Notes under the pieces: generated by a model
Seen by the model: only the letters and a program-made list of their open reading frames with translations
The model's database searches: none
What the model was told of the DNA's origin: nothing
Shown here: in pieces, positions 37,153 to 47,025 of the stretch
Position numbering within the stretch: position 1 is the first letter of the stretch
Layout of the letters: every line of letters begins with the position of its first letter
Translations under genes and position numbers: made by a program
From: an uncultured Clostridia bacterium
GTDB taxonomy: Bacteria; Bacillota; DTU025; MWDF01
Assembly (NCBI GenBank): GCA_964545975.1
Contig: CAZJHY010000001.1
Span: 24,094-88,093, forward strand
Length of the DNA stretch: 64,000 bases
Direction of reading: 5' to 3'

Positions 37153-37651
37153 ATCTGCACAAGCGCTCCGCGTAAAGCAGCAACCATGATGCTAGTCAAT
37201 AATAGTGGAGTAATCGGCGATAAAATGGCTATCTGAGGGAGCAGAGACATGAAGAGGAGCATGAACTTCCGTGCTCAAGAAGTTCAGCTGGGTTCACCAG
37301 TCGAGGAAATATTCTAAAAATGCTAACCAGAGAGCATTTCTTAGGCGGAGACTGTGTTCGTAGGGATTCCTCCGGAAGGCATTTGTCCTGAAGTAATATT
37401 AATCAGGAAAACTCTAAGTTCAGGGAGGCACTTGAGGAGCCAGGCATGGATAGGGTCATGTTGCAGGATTCGTAATCCTATCAGAAGAATTCTGTAACCT
37501 ACCCGCCACTGCAAGATAATCCGCATGTATCGCTCTAAGGCAATAGAAGCAAGTGCAGGCTTCCTAGGAAAAAAGGCTAGCAATCACATGCGCATTCGTG
37601 GCGCCATTTAAGAGAAGAGGTCTTTGTGTGGCAGGGGAGAAAGGGAAGATC

Positions 37652-38182
37652 ATGGACAAAAACATTGAAGCTAAGTTAATTAAAAGGGCATTTGAAACAG
37701 GGTTCAATTATGAGAAGACTTATCGCGGGTGCGCACAGTGCACATTGGCAACTTTCTTCGACATTTCCGGGCACACGGATCCTGCACTTTTCAAAGCTGC
37801 AAGCGGTTTATCGGCCGGAATCGGAATCAATGGAGACGGTTCCTGTGGCGGATACACAGGAGGGGTGCTCTTCATGAGTTCGCTCGTTGGGCGCAGGCTT
37901 GATCGCATACCTATCGATAGAGACAGGGCAGCCCAGCTGAAATCCTATGAGATGGCGCAAAAGCTCCATGACAAGTTCATTGAGACTTATGGCAGCGTCA
38001 CTTGTGCTGAGATTCATAAGAGCATCTTCGGTAAGTCCTATTGCTTAAGGGAACCTGGAGTACTGGAAGCATTCGAAGAGGCGGGCGCCCATGTTGATAA
38101 GTGCACAACCGTTGTAGGGAATGCATGTGCCTGGGTGGCGAAAATTCTAATAGACGAAGGATTGCTCAATATCGAAGAATGA
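37652..38182 (+). CDS. C_GCAxxG_C_C-family putative redox protein
   Basis: 'YRGCAQCTLATF', 'CGGYTGG', 'VTCAEI', 'CTTVVGNAC'. ATG 37652 with GGGGAGAAAGGG RBS. Confidence 0.7.
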   Translation: MDKNIEAKLIKRAFETGFNYEKTYRGCAQCTLATFFDISGHTDPALFKAASGLSAGIGINGDGSCGGYTGGVLFMSSLVGRRLDRIPIDRDRAAQLKSYEMAQKLHDKFIETYGSVTCAEIHKSIFGKSYCLREPGVLEAFEEAGAHVDKCTTVVGNACAWVAKILIDEGLLNIEE

Positions 38183-38567
38183 TGCCCTGGGTGTTCCAAT
38201 TTACCTCGAGCAATACTGGCTTCGTCATTCTGAATTGCCCTCATGCGAGAATTCCCATTTATGAGGTTTGAGGTGGATTTCCATTTGGTGAGGCTCGGGC
38301 ATATCTTCAGTGGCAGAGTGCAGAAGGCAAAGCGCCTTATTGTTGTTGTCCTGCTAGGCGCGGACGATGACCATCTTTCTGCTGATTGGCCAACTAAAGG
38401 TAAGGGGAACGCAGGTCATATTGTTGAATGCAGAAATGCACGGAAATCTCTGTGCCGTTTAGCTAACAATGGAAACCGGTTCATTAGCAATACCTGTATA
38501 AAGGGAATGGCTATGATGACGTAGAAGATACCCACATATGAAGGATGATAGCTAAGGAGATGTTTAT

Positions 38568-39245
38568 ATGAAGCTTTTGAGAGCGTCTAAGATCCTACTT
38601 GTGATGATAATACTAGTTATGCTTTCCGGGTGTTTAAATGCCAGCTACTATTTCAATTTTGCAGATGAGCAGTCTGTTTCGAATGCCGAGGGCGAATGGT
38701 TGCTGCAGGGGGAGGGCCTCACCGGGTTCAATGCTTTCGGGATTTATGTAAACGGAGTGTGTCTAACATCCCCTTTGAAATTCGCAGGAGACTTCTCGGT
38801 AACAGCCAACTTCTGGCTTGGAGTTACTGCCGAGTATCCGGGTTATGTTGGGGTCGTGCTCTCTGATTTGCCCTTCGAGGGATTACCCGGAAATTGGTTG
38901 GACATCGAATTCTTAGACTTAGCCACAGATAACGAGACGCTCAGGATAACAGACAGCGACGGTACTGAGTTATTCACCCATGCGGATGCATTAGGCGAGA
39001 TAAAGGCATTGAACAAAGGTCATTGGAACAAGCTGGAGGTCAGTAAGAAAGGCAATAGGATCACCCTGAGCGTGAACTCGAGAAGGCTTTCTGCGTTCGA
39101 CATTGTTTATTGCTCGGCTGACTACCTGTACTTAAATATCGTATCTGAGTCAAGTTCCGTAGAGGATCCAACCGACCCATCGCTTGGCTTCATACTAAAA
39201 GATGTGAAGGTCGATTACATGGAAGGACAGGCCGCAACTTTGTAA
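38568..39245 (+). CDS. Hypothetical lipoprotein
   Basis: Lipobox 'VMLSGC'; AT-richer than its neighbours; followed by a strong terminator. Confidence 0.6.
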   Translation: MKLLRASKILLVMIILVMLSGCLNASYYFNFADEQSVSNAEGEWLLQGEGLTGFNAFGIYVNGVCLTSPLKFAGDFSVTANFWLGVTAEYPGYVGVVLSDLPFEGLPGNWLDIEFLDLATDNETLRITDSDGTELFTHADALGEIKALNKGHWNKLEVSKKGNRITLSVNSRRLSAFDIVYCSADYLYLNIVSESSSVEDPTDPSLGFILKDVKVDYMEGQAATL

Positions 39246-39278
39246 GAGCCCCGTTCAAGATACTGAGAACGAAAGCTT

Positions 39279-39311
39279 ACCGGCCCTCCTAAGCAGGGCC
39301 GGTTTCTTGTT
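39279..39311 (+). terminator. Rho-independent terminator
   Basis: ACCGGCCCT-cctaagc-AGGGCCGGT followed by TTCTTGTT. Confidence 0.65.
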
Positions 39312-39590
39312 AAGATCGCACAAGATTTTCCCTTGGTAGGACCAAGGCGGGAAGCTTTCTGCGATCAAGCAGTCAAATGATTGTTGTAATCGCCAGCGCG
39401 CGGCCTTCAGGCTATTTAAGTGCAGATATATGAAGTTGACTGAAATGAGTCTGGAATAATTGTTTGCTGATATGAGTATGTGAAATAAATATTTATGTTT
39501 GAGAAGCGCGAAATATGGTGTAGGATTTAGTTGGTTGTCATACCATCATACAAAGCAAGCCTAAATGCTAATGAAGGTTATGGTGGAACG

Positions 39591-40286
39591 ATGAGGATAC
39601 AGCCAATAGAACGTAGTACCCTGCCGGATGCCATTATCGAGCGGATTAAAGGAATGATCATCGACGGGAATCTCAAACCCGGCGACAAGCTCCCTCCCGA
39701 AAGGGATCTGGCTGCCAGCATGCAAGTAGGGAGAGCCACTGTAAGGGAGGCTCTAAAGGCGTTATCTTCAATCGGTCTCCTGCAAAGAAGCACCGAAGGG
39801 ACATATATAAAAGAGAAGATCGAGTACTTCCAGCAACCTCTTACATACAGCCTAATAATGGACCACATAACGCTCAAGGAGCTAATCGAGGCTAGAAGGA
39901 TACTTGAAGTCAAGATTTCTGAATTGGCAGCATTAAGGGCTACTGACGAAGAAATCGCTGGCATAGAAGATGCTGTTATGATACAGAAGATGCACCCGAG
40001 AGATACAGATTACCTCTTCTATGAGGCCGACTTGAAGTTTCATCTGACATTAGCAGCTGCTGCAAAGAATAGGGTTCTCAGCGAGACCATTGTCTGTACA
40101 AGGCATTTGTTGTTTAAGGCGCAGCAGGCAGTGGGTAAACTCCCGGGAATGACAGATAAAGCCCTAGTTAGTCATTCAGCCCTCTTGGAAGCAATCAAGA
40201 GCAAAGATGCCGAGAAGGCCAGAAGCGTAATGGAAGATCATATAGATGACGTGGAAGAAGGCTTCAGGAAGCTCAACTTGATTTAG
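39591..40286 (+). CDS. GntR-family regulator (FadR/FCD C-terminal domain)
   Basis: 'LPPERDLAASMQVGRATVREALKAL'. ATG 39591. Confidence 0.8.
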   Translation: MRIQPIERSTLPDAIIERIKGMIIDGNLKPGDKLPPERDLAASMQVGRATVREALKALSSIGLLQRSTEGTYIKEKIEYFQQPLTYSLIMDHITLKELIEARRILEVKISELAALRATDEEIAGIEDAVMIQKMHPRDTDYLFYEADLKFHLTLAAAAKNRVLSETIVCTRHLLFKAQQAVGKLPGMTDKALVSHSALLEAIKSKDAEKARSVMEDHIDDVEEGFRKLNLI

Positions 40287-40482
40287 TTGGCGATTGGCCT
40301 TCTTTTCTATTTGGGTTCATCATTGGTAGGACAATGCGACCATTGGCAATCGCTACAAAAAAGCCATGACTGATGCTGAAGCATAATGAAAATGCTAAGA
40401 CTATTGCGAGTAGCGAGATACCATTAATAGCAATAGATAGGGGCAAGAACCGAACATTCCATCTTGTTAGGAGGAATATCAG

Positions 40483-41451
40483 ATGAGTGGGATCAAGAAA
40501 GTGCTCGTTACAGACTACGTATTCCCCAACTTAGATCCGGAGAAGGCGATCATTGGAGCTGCTGGCGGAGAAGTCATATTCGCCGGAAAAGACGCCGATG
40601 ATGCCAAGATCTTGGAGCTTGCCAAGGACGCGGATGCAATCCTCAACTGCTACAAGAAGATACCTGCCGAGCTTTACTCAACTGCAAGTAAGTGCAAGCT
40701 CATCGTAAGATACGGCATCGGCACAGACACCATAGACATCCCAGAGGCCACGAAGCACCATATTGCGGTGAGCAATATGCCCGACTATTGCATAGACGAG
40801 GTTTCAGACCACGCTTTGACACTCATACTAAGCAGCATAAGGAAGATCACCACTGCCAACAAGCTTATCAAGAGCGGAACTTGGAGCCTCGGTCCTTTGA
40901 AGCCGATAAGAAGACTTAAGACCCTCACGCTTGGTTTGCACGGCTTCGGCCGCATCCCGAGGATGGTAGCTGAGAAGGCGAAGTCATTCGGGTTTAAGAT
41001 CATCGCCTGCGATCCGTACATTAGCAAGGAGTTGGCCGATAAGATGGGAGTCCAGACGGTAAGCTTCGATGAGCTTTGCGCAATGTCGGACGTCATATCG
41101 ATACATGCCCCCCTTACGAAGGAGACCAGCGAGATATTCAACGGAGAAGCTTTTGCAAAGATGAAAGACGGTGTAGTGATAGTTAACACAGCAAGAGGCG
41201 GGCTTATAAAAGAAGCCGACCTGGTTGAGGCACTTAAGTCTGGCAAAGTCGGGGCTGCTGGCTTAGACGTAACCAATCCCGAGCCACCGGCAAAGAACAA
41301 TCCGCTATTCGACTTCGATAATGTGACCTTCACACCGCATGAGGCATGGTATAGCGAGGAAGCGTTGGTAGAGCTACAGAACAAGGCAGCTGGCGAAATT
41401 GCCCGCTCACTTAAGGGAGAACCTCTCAAGTACCAACTCAATAAGCTCTAG
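40483..41451 (+). CDS. D-isomer-specific 2-hydroxyacid dehydrogenase family (NAD-binding)
   Basis: 'GLHGFGRIPRMVAEKAKSFGFKI', 'VNTARGGLI', 'GLDVTNPEPP', 'TPHEAW'. Confidence 0.8.
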   Translation: MSGIKKVLVTDYVFPNLDPEKAIIGAAGGEVIFAGKDADDAKILELAKDADAILNCYKKIPAELYSTASKCKLIVRYGIGTDTIDIPEATKHHIAVSNMPDYCIDEVSDHALTLILSSIRKITTANKLIKSGTWSLGPLKPIRRLKTLTLGLHGFGRIPRMVAEKAKSFGFKIIACDPYISKELADKMGVQTVSFDELCAMSDVISIHAPLTKETSEIFNGEAFAKMKDGVVIVNTARGGLIKEADLVEALKSGKVGAAGLDVTNPEPPAKNNPLFDFDNVTFTPHEAWYSEEALVELQNKAAGEIARSLKGEPLKYQLNKL

Positions 41452-41462
41452 GAAGGGTGCAG

Positions 41463-42677
41463 ATGTATAAGACTGCCTGGAGAATTGCGCCTAGGGAGTA
41501 TCCCGGGGTGCCCAATATTAGAGAGGCCGTCAAAGAAGCTCTAAGGAAGCCTTTGGGGATTGGCCTTGCTGAACTGGTCAAGCCTGGCAACAAAGTAGCG
41601 ATTGCCGTGGATGATCTTACCAGGCCTACACCACAGGCGGAGCTTCTACCCGTCATCCTAGATGAGCTGGCAATGCTGGGCATCGACGAAAAGGACATAA
41701 CAATTATCATCGGGCTCGGTGCGCACAGGCGCATGAGCAAGGCAGAGATCGAGACCCGTTTCGGGGCTGCAGCGCAGAGGGTAGGCGCAATAATCAACCA
41801 CGATGTGGAAGACTGTATAGCGATAGGAAGGACCTCAACGGGTGGCGATATTGCCGTTAATAGGATTTTCTGTGAGGCTGATGCCAAAATTGCGGTTGGT
41901 TGCATTCTGCCCCACATATATGCGGGGTGGAGCGGCGGCGCAAAAATGATTCAACCTGGAATATCCAGCGTGAAGACCACAACGCACGTACACAGAATTG
42001 CCAATTTGCACCTTTACGAGATACTCGGCAATACCGAGAACCTCGTGAGAATTGAAATGGAACAGATAGCAGCACTTGCTGGTCTGAAATTCATTATCAA
42101 TGTCGTGCTCAATGACAAAAACGAAGTTATCGCCGTCGTCGCTGGGGACACAGTGGAGGCTCACAGGAAGGGCGTCGGCAAAGCCGAGAAGGTTTACGGT
42201 TGGAACGGCTTGAAACCCGTGGACGTAGCGGTAGCGTACGCACCTGGTGTAGCAACAGACCTCTGGCAAAGCGCAAAGAGCCTTACGGTCGGTGCGATGG
42301 CAATCAAGCAGGGTGGAACTGTGGTGCTAGTCGCAGCCTGCCCCGAGGGGATTGCGCCTGGGCACCCGATAATAAAGGAATTGGGAACAGCCTCTTTCGA
42401 AGAGGTGCTGTACAAGGTAGATAATGGGCTCTTGGAAGATACGGTAGGGGCGTTGGTCCATATGACCATAGCCAAATGCCGGGAAAAAGGCAGGGTGATA
42501 CTAGTGTCATCCGGCATATCAAAACAAGAGGCAACCTGTCTGGGAATGGAGTCAGCAGCCGATGTGGAAGAGGCATTGAGAATGGCCGTCAGCCGTTACA
42601 ATGTTGCGCCTGAGGTCGGCTTCATAGAGTGCGCTGGCGAGTTGTCTATTTCAATTAAGGAGGAATACTGCAAATGA
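41463..42677 (+). CDS. LarA-like (lactate racemase / DUF2088, nickel-pincer-nucleotide-dependent) racemase/epimerase family protein
   Basis: 'ITIIIGLGAHRRM', 'GCILPHIYAGWSGGAKM', 'DLTRPTP'. ATG 41463. Confidence 0.7.
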   Translation: MYKTAWRIAPREYPGVPNIREAVKEALRKPLGIGLAELVKPGNKVAIAVDDLTRPTPQAELLPVILDELAMLGIDEKDITIIIGLGAHRRMSKAEIETRFGAAAQRVGAIINHDVEDCIAIGRTSTGGDIAVNRIFCEADAKIAVGCILPHIYAGWSGGAKMIQPGISSVKTTTHVHRIANLHLYEILGNTENLVRIEMEQIAALAGLKFIINVVLNDKNEVIAVVAGDTVEAHRKGVGKAEKVYGWNGLKPVDVAVAYAPGVATDLWQSAKSLTVGAMAIKQGGTVVLVAACPEGIAPGHPIIKELGTASFEEVLYKVDNGLLEDTVGALVHMTIAKCREKGRVILVSSGISKQEATCLGMESAADVEEALRMAVSRYNVAPEVGFIECAGELSISIKEEYCK

Positions 42678-43924
42678 GCGAATGGAAAAAGGAAGAGCTA
42701 AACGGCAAACCTTGGTTCGACAATGAGAAATTCTGGGGATCCCCGCATAACTACTCGCCCAGTATCACGAAGCTTCTACCTAAGAGCGTCTATATCCATG
42801 ACGTGACTCTCCGGGACGGCGAGCAGACCCCGGGAGTGGCATTCAAAGCTGACGAAAGAATAGTTATCGCCGAAGCCCTTAACGAATTGGGAGTGGCGAG
42901 AATCGAAGCCGGGATGCCCATAGTCTCCAAGGATATCGCCAACGGCATAAAGAAGCTCGTCAATATGAACCTCAAGTCGCAGGTAGTCGCCTTCGCCAGA
43001 GCACATAAGGACGACATCAATGCCTCTCTCGACTGTGGTGTTAAGGCAATCGTAGTAGAGCATACAGTAAACCCGTACCTTTGCAGATGGGGCTATGACC
43101 TCACAGAGGACAAGGTAATCGAGAGGCTCATCACCAGCGTCAGGATGGCTAAGGACAATGGTCTGCATACAACGTTCATGGGTTGGGACTTCTTCAGAGC
43201 CCCGCTCGATTTCTCCAAGAAGATCTACACAGAAGTAGTCAAGAACGCACATCCCGACGCCCTTACATTAGTAGACACCCTCGGCGTTGCCACACCGGCA
43301 GCAGTCCAGGAGACCTTCGTCGAGTTCAGGAAGATGTTCCCCGATATGGTGCTTGAGTTCCACGTGCATAACGACTATGGTATGGCAGTAGGCGCAGTCC
43401 TCGCAGCAGTGATTGGCGGCGCAAACGGCATCCACACCGCAATGAACGGCATAGGCGAGAGGACCGGCAACGTTGCGACAGAGGAAGTCTGTATGGCCCT
43501 TGAAATGCTCTGGGGCATAAAGACCGGCGTAGACACCACCAAGTTCATGTATGTCAGCAAGATAGTGGAGGAGATCTCCAAGTTCAAGCTCGCCAAGAAC
43601 AAGCCCATAGTCGGCGAACACCTCTTCGATATCGAATCCGGCGTTGTTACCCATATCGTCAACGAGATGAATAAGCAGGGCTTCAAGCCTGTTATGACAC
43701 CGTTCACACCCGAAATGGTTAATCAGAAGCCCGTCCGTTTCGTCCTTGGCAAGGGATCAGGAAAGGTCACCATTCTACAGCATTTGGACAAGCTTGGTAT
43801 CAAGTGCACTGATGAGCAGGCAGACGAGATAACCGAAGAAGTCAAGGCCTACGGAAGAGTCATGAAGGCTCTACTCAGCGATGACGACCTCGTAAGAATA
43901 ACTAAGCGCATCCTGGCAAAGTAA
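42674..43924 (+). CDS. DRE-TIM metallolyase (pyruvate carboxyltransferase domain; HMGL/IPMS/4-hydroxy-2-oxoacid aldolase-like)
   Basis: 'IHDVTLRDGEQ', 'FHVHNDYGMAVGAVLAAV...GIGERTGN'. Confidence 0.75.
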   Translation: MSEWKKEELNGKPWFDNEKFWGSPHNYSPSITKLLPKSVYIHDVTLRDGEQTPGVAFKADERIVIAEALNELGVARIEAGMPIVSKDIANGIKKLVNMNLKSQVVAFARAHKDDINASLDCGVKAIVVEHTVNPYLCRWGYDLTEDKVIERLITSVRMAKDNGLHTTFMGWDFFRAPLDFSKKIYTEVVKNAHPDALTLVDTLGVATPAAVQETFVEFRKMFPDMVLEFHVHNDYGMAVGAVLAAVIGGANGIHTAMNGIGERTGNVATEEVCMALEMLWGIKTGVDTTKFMYVSKIVEEISKFKLAKNKPIVGEHLFDIESGVVTHIVNEMNKQGFKPVMTPFTPEMVNQKPVRFVLGKGSGKVTILQHLDKLGIKCTDEQADEITEEVKAYGRVMKALLSDDDLVRITKRILAK

Positions 43925-43959
43925 GGGTCCAGCTAAAAAAGAAAGGAGTCTAAAAAAGA

Positions 43960-45099
43960 ATGAAGCTGAACAGAATTCTAGTTGCATTCTCAATCCTGGC
44001 GCTAATGATGGTAGCGACAGTAGGAGCAGCAGCTCCGAAGACTTACAAAATCGCCCATCTATCGCCACTGACCGGCTCCGCATCATCCTACGGCTACTAC
44101 ATGGTAAACGCCGCCAAGATGGCCGTTGAGGAAATCAACGCCAAAGGTGGAGTCAACGGAGTAATGCTGGAGTACATGGAAATCGATGAGACTTCCAACT
44201 CGGCTCAAGCCATTGACGCAGCTTACAAGGCAGTCGCATGGGATCCGCTAGTAATACTAGGCCCCAACCGCTCCGGCGGTGTACTTGCCGCAGAGTTCGT
44301 ATGGAAAGAGGCCAAGATCCCCACAATAACCGACGGAACGAGCGCTGAGACAACTAGGAAGGGCAACCCCTATACTTTCAGGATGCAGATCTCCTCTGAG
44401 TATTGGATCCCGTTGCTCGTCCGTACGGCCGTTGAAGTATACAAGTCGAAGAAGATTGCCGTCATGTACGGCCTCAATGACTATTCCAAGGCCAACTGGG
44501 TTGCCACTGAACCCGCGATGAAGAAGTACGGCATCACCCCAGTAACGGTTCAGACGTTCAACGACGGCGACCAGGACTTCACAGCCCAGCTGCTGAAGGT
44601 AAAGGCCTCCGGCGCCGATGCTCTGTTCGTATACTCCTACACGCCTGAAATCGGCATGATCCTCAAGCAGAGGGCCGAGCTTGGTATGCCTAACCTGCTC
44701 GTATTCAGCGAGCGCGCGGCAAGCGTCCCCTCAGTTGAGGACCTCGCTGGCACCAAGAACTATGAGGGTCTCGTCTGCACAACCACCCTGTCCCCCGGAG
44801 ACCCAAGGCCAGGCGTGCAGAAGTTCATTAAGGACTACGAAGCCAAGTATAAGCACATCGTATCCTCGACGCATATCAATCACTACGACTCCGTATACAT
44901 CGTAGCTGACATTATCAAGAGGGTCGGTCCCGACCGTGAGAAGATCAGGCAGGAACTCGCCAAGCTGGATTACGTAGGCGTACTAGGCCACTATGTAGCC
45001 GATAAGGAAGGCAACTTCGTACACACCATGTACACCCAGGTCCGCGAGAACGGCAAGTGGAAGCTGCTCTTGACGGAGGAGTATCCGGTAGTAAGGTAG
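43960..45099 (+). CDS. ABC transporter substrate-binding protein (LivJ/K-type, second system)
   Basis: Signal peptide; 'IAHLSPLTGSASSYGYYMVNAAKMAVEEINAKGGVNG'. Confidence 0.8.
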   Translation: MKLNRILVAFSILALMMVATVGAAAPKTYKIAHLSPLTGSASSYGYYMVNAAKMAVEEINAKGGVNGVMLEYMEIDETSNSAQAIDAAYKAVAWDPLVILGPNRSGGVLAAEFVWKEAKIPTITDGTSAETTRKGNPYTFRMQISSEYWIPLLVRTAVEVYKSKKIAVMYGLNDYSKANWVATEPAMKKYGITPVTVQTFNDGDQDFTAQLLKVKASGADALFVYSYTPEIGMILKQRAELGMPNLLVFSERAASVPSVEDLAGTKNYEGLVCTTTLSPGDPRPGVQKFIKDYEAKYKHIVSSTHINHYDSVYIVADIIKRVGPDREKIRQELAKLDYVGVLGHYVADKEGNFVHTMYTQVRENGKWKLLLTEEYPVVR

Positions 45100-45113
45100 T
45101 CTAGTAACAGTCG

Positions 45114-45137
45114 CCCGGCGCGGGTAACCGCGCCGGG
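45114..45137 (+). promoter_or_regulatory. Perfect 10-bp GC hairpin between the binding-protein and permease genes
   Basis: CCCGGCGCGG-gtaa-CCGCGCCGGG. Confidence 0.5.
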
Positions 45138-45169
45138 TAACCTTGCTTATCGTAAGGAGGCTTAAGCCC

Positions 45170-46057
45170 TTGAACCTCACAACTTTGATTCAATTGGTTA
45201 TCAACGGACTGGCCATGGGCCTTCTCTATGCGCTTCCCGCGCTGGGCATCTCCCTTATCTGGAACGCCTCCGGGCTTTTCAACTTCGCTCAAGGGGACCT
45301 GCTTACATTTGGGGCATACATCATGCTATCGCTCTTCAGCAAAGTGGGCCTGCCTTACGTGCTGTCCTTCCTGCTCACATTTCTGCTTTTGGGTTCGATA
45401 GGCTACATACTCAGCTCAATCTACTTCTACCCGATGTTCCGGGCTAGGATAAACCCCCAGATCATACTAATAGGCACGGTCGCCCTTTCTGTATTCATAA
45501 GGAATGCGATCCTTCTAATCTGGGGCCCCCATGCTCAGTCCTACCAGAACCCGTTCGGCTCGTCCGCCATCCAGTTTGGCGAGGTATATGTCATGCCGCA
45601 CATTTTCGGCATATTCATAATAGTCACCCTGCTGTTGGGCGCTTTACAGCTGTTCCTCAGGGGCACGATCACAGGCATCGGCATGAGGGCGGTCGCCCAA
45701 AGGCCCGTAGCCTCGTCTCTGATGGGAATAAAGAACAACAGGATGGTGGCCCTCACATTCTTCATGTCGACAGGCATAGCTGCTGTGTCAGGCATATTGA
45801 TCGCCCCAATACTTCCTCTGACGCCTGAAACCGGCGGCATGATAGCCATCAAGGCCTTCGCTGCGGTACTTATCGGAGGCCTGGGAAGCTTCTCAGGAGC
45901 GCTCGTAGGAGGCATAGCCGTCGGCATAACCGAGATGGTTTTTGCCACCTTGCTGGCTCCGACCTACAAGGACGTCTTCATATTCATAGTCCTTGCGATA
46001 TTCCTGGTATTAAGGCCCGGCGGCATATTCAGGGCCCAGATATCAGAGAAAGTGTAG
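45170..46057 (+). CDS. ABC permease (LivH family)
   Basis: Hydrophobic LivH-like protein. TTG 45170, 9 nt after AAGGAGG, preferred over 45143. Confidence 0.75.
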   Translation: MNLTTLIQLVINGLAMGLLYALPALGISLIWNASGLFNFAQGDLLTFGAYIMLSLFSKVGLPYVLSFLLTFLLLGSIGYILSSIYFYPMFRARINPQIILIGTVALSVFIRNAILLIWGPHAQSYQNPFGSSAIQFGEVYVMPHIFGIFIIVTLLLGALQLFLRGTITGIGMRAVAQRPVASSLMGIKNNRMVALTFFMSTGIAAVSGILIAPILPLTPETGGMIAIKAFAAVLIGGLGSFSGALVGGIAVGITEMVFATLLAPTYKDVFIFIVLAIFLVLRPGGIFRAQISEKV

Positions 46058-46067
46058 GAGGGGTCAC

Positions 46068-47021
46068 ATGCGTGCAGTGTTAAAGTTTTTGAAGGACAAA
46101 GCATTCTTCGCCCTGGCGCTGTTCCTTGTGATCGCACCTTATGTGATGCAGCGCTACCAGTTCTACATCCTGCAGCGCGGGGTGCAGAACTCGATACATG
46201 TGCTGGGCTTGGTCATACTAGTAGGCTTCACGGGCCTTCTGTCATTGGGTCATGCGGGCTTCGTGGCGCTGGGGGCCTACGCCTACGGGATTGCAATGGT
46301 GAAGCTGGGGCTTCCTGTATGGGCGGCGCTCATTATAGCGCCCCTATTCTCTATGCTCATCAGCATGTTGCTGGCATATCCTTCCTTCAAGCTATCGGGC
46401 CCGTTCCTAGTGGTTATCACGATAGCCTTCGGCGAGATAGTGAGGATATTGATACTTAACCTGCAGGGCATCACAGGAGGTCCTTACGGACTGACGGGGT
46501 ACAAAGTGCTCTTCACAAACTCCAAGGTGCTCTACTACGTCATGCTCGGAACATTGTTCCTGCTTGCCCTGTTTGTTCGGAGGCTCGGCAACTCCAGAAT
46601 CGGACTTGCTTTCAAGGCAATCAAGGAGGACGAGGTCGCAGCAGACGTCATGGGCGTAAACGTCAGGAAGCACAAGCTCATGGCATTCATGCTAAGCTCG
46701 GCGCTGGCCGGCCTTTCAGGCGTGTTCCTTGCGAGCCTTACAAGGTACATCAACCCAGACTCGTTCACGTTCGCGGAGAGCTCGACCTACCTTCTGATGG
46801 TGGTCATGGGCGGTATGCAGAATGTGTTCGGCGCGATAACCTCGACCATAGTCATCACAGCGCTCCCTGAGGTGTTGAGGTTCCTTGCGCGCAGCAGGCT
46901 GCTTATATACTCACTAACGCTTCTGGTATATCTCAGGATGTACGGCAACAAGGGCGGCCTACTGCAGATGTTCGGCATTAAGCCCAAGAAGGCGAATATA
47001 AATACAGGTTCGAGGAGCTGA
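46068..47021 (+). CDS. ABC permease (LivM family)
   Basis: LivM-like 'LSLGHAGFVALGAYAYG'. Confidence 0.8.
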   Translation: MRAVLKFLKDKAFFALALFLVIAPYVMQRYQFYILQRGVQNSIHVLGLVILVGFTGLLSLGHAGFVALGAYAYGIAMVKLGLPVWAALIIAPLFSMLISMLLAYPSFKLSGPFLVVITIAFGEIVRILILNLQGITGGPYGLTGYKVLFTNSKVLYYVMLGTLFLLALFVRRLGNSRIGLAFKAIKEDEVAADVMGVNVRKHKLMAFMLSSALAGLSGVFLASLTRYINPDSFTFAESSTYLLMVVMGGMQNVFGAITSTIVITALPEVLRFLARSRLLIYSLTLLVYLRMYGNKGGLLQMFGIKPKKANINTGSRS

Positions 47022-47025
47022 GACT

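Noticed and set aside
38243-38524. 93-aa ORF in the AT-rich region before the lipoprotein gene
   Set aside because: No RBS, no motifs. It probably lies in non-coding promoter DNA.
40785-41441. 218-aa minus ORF inside the 2-hydroxyacid dehydrogenase gene
   Set aside because: Antisense, no homology features.
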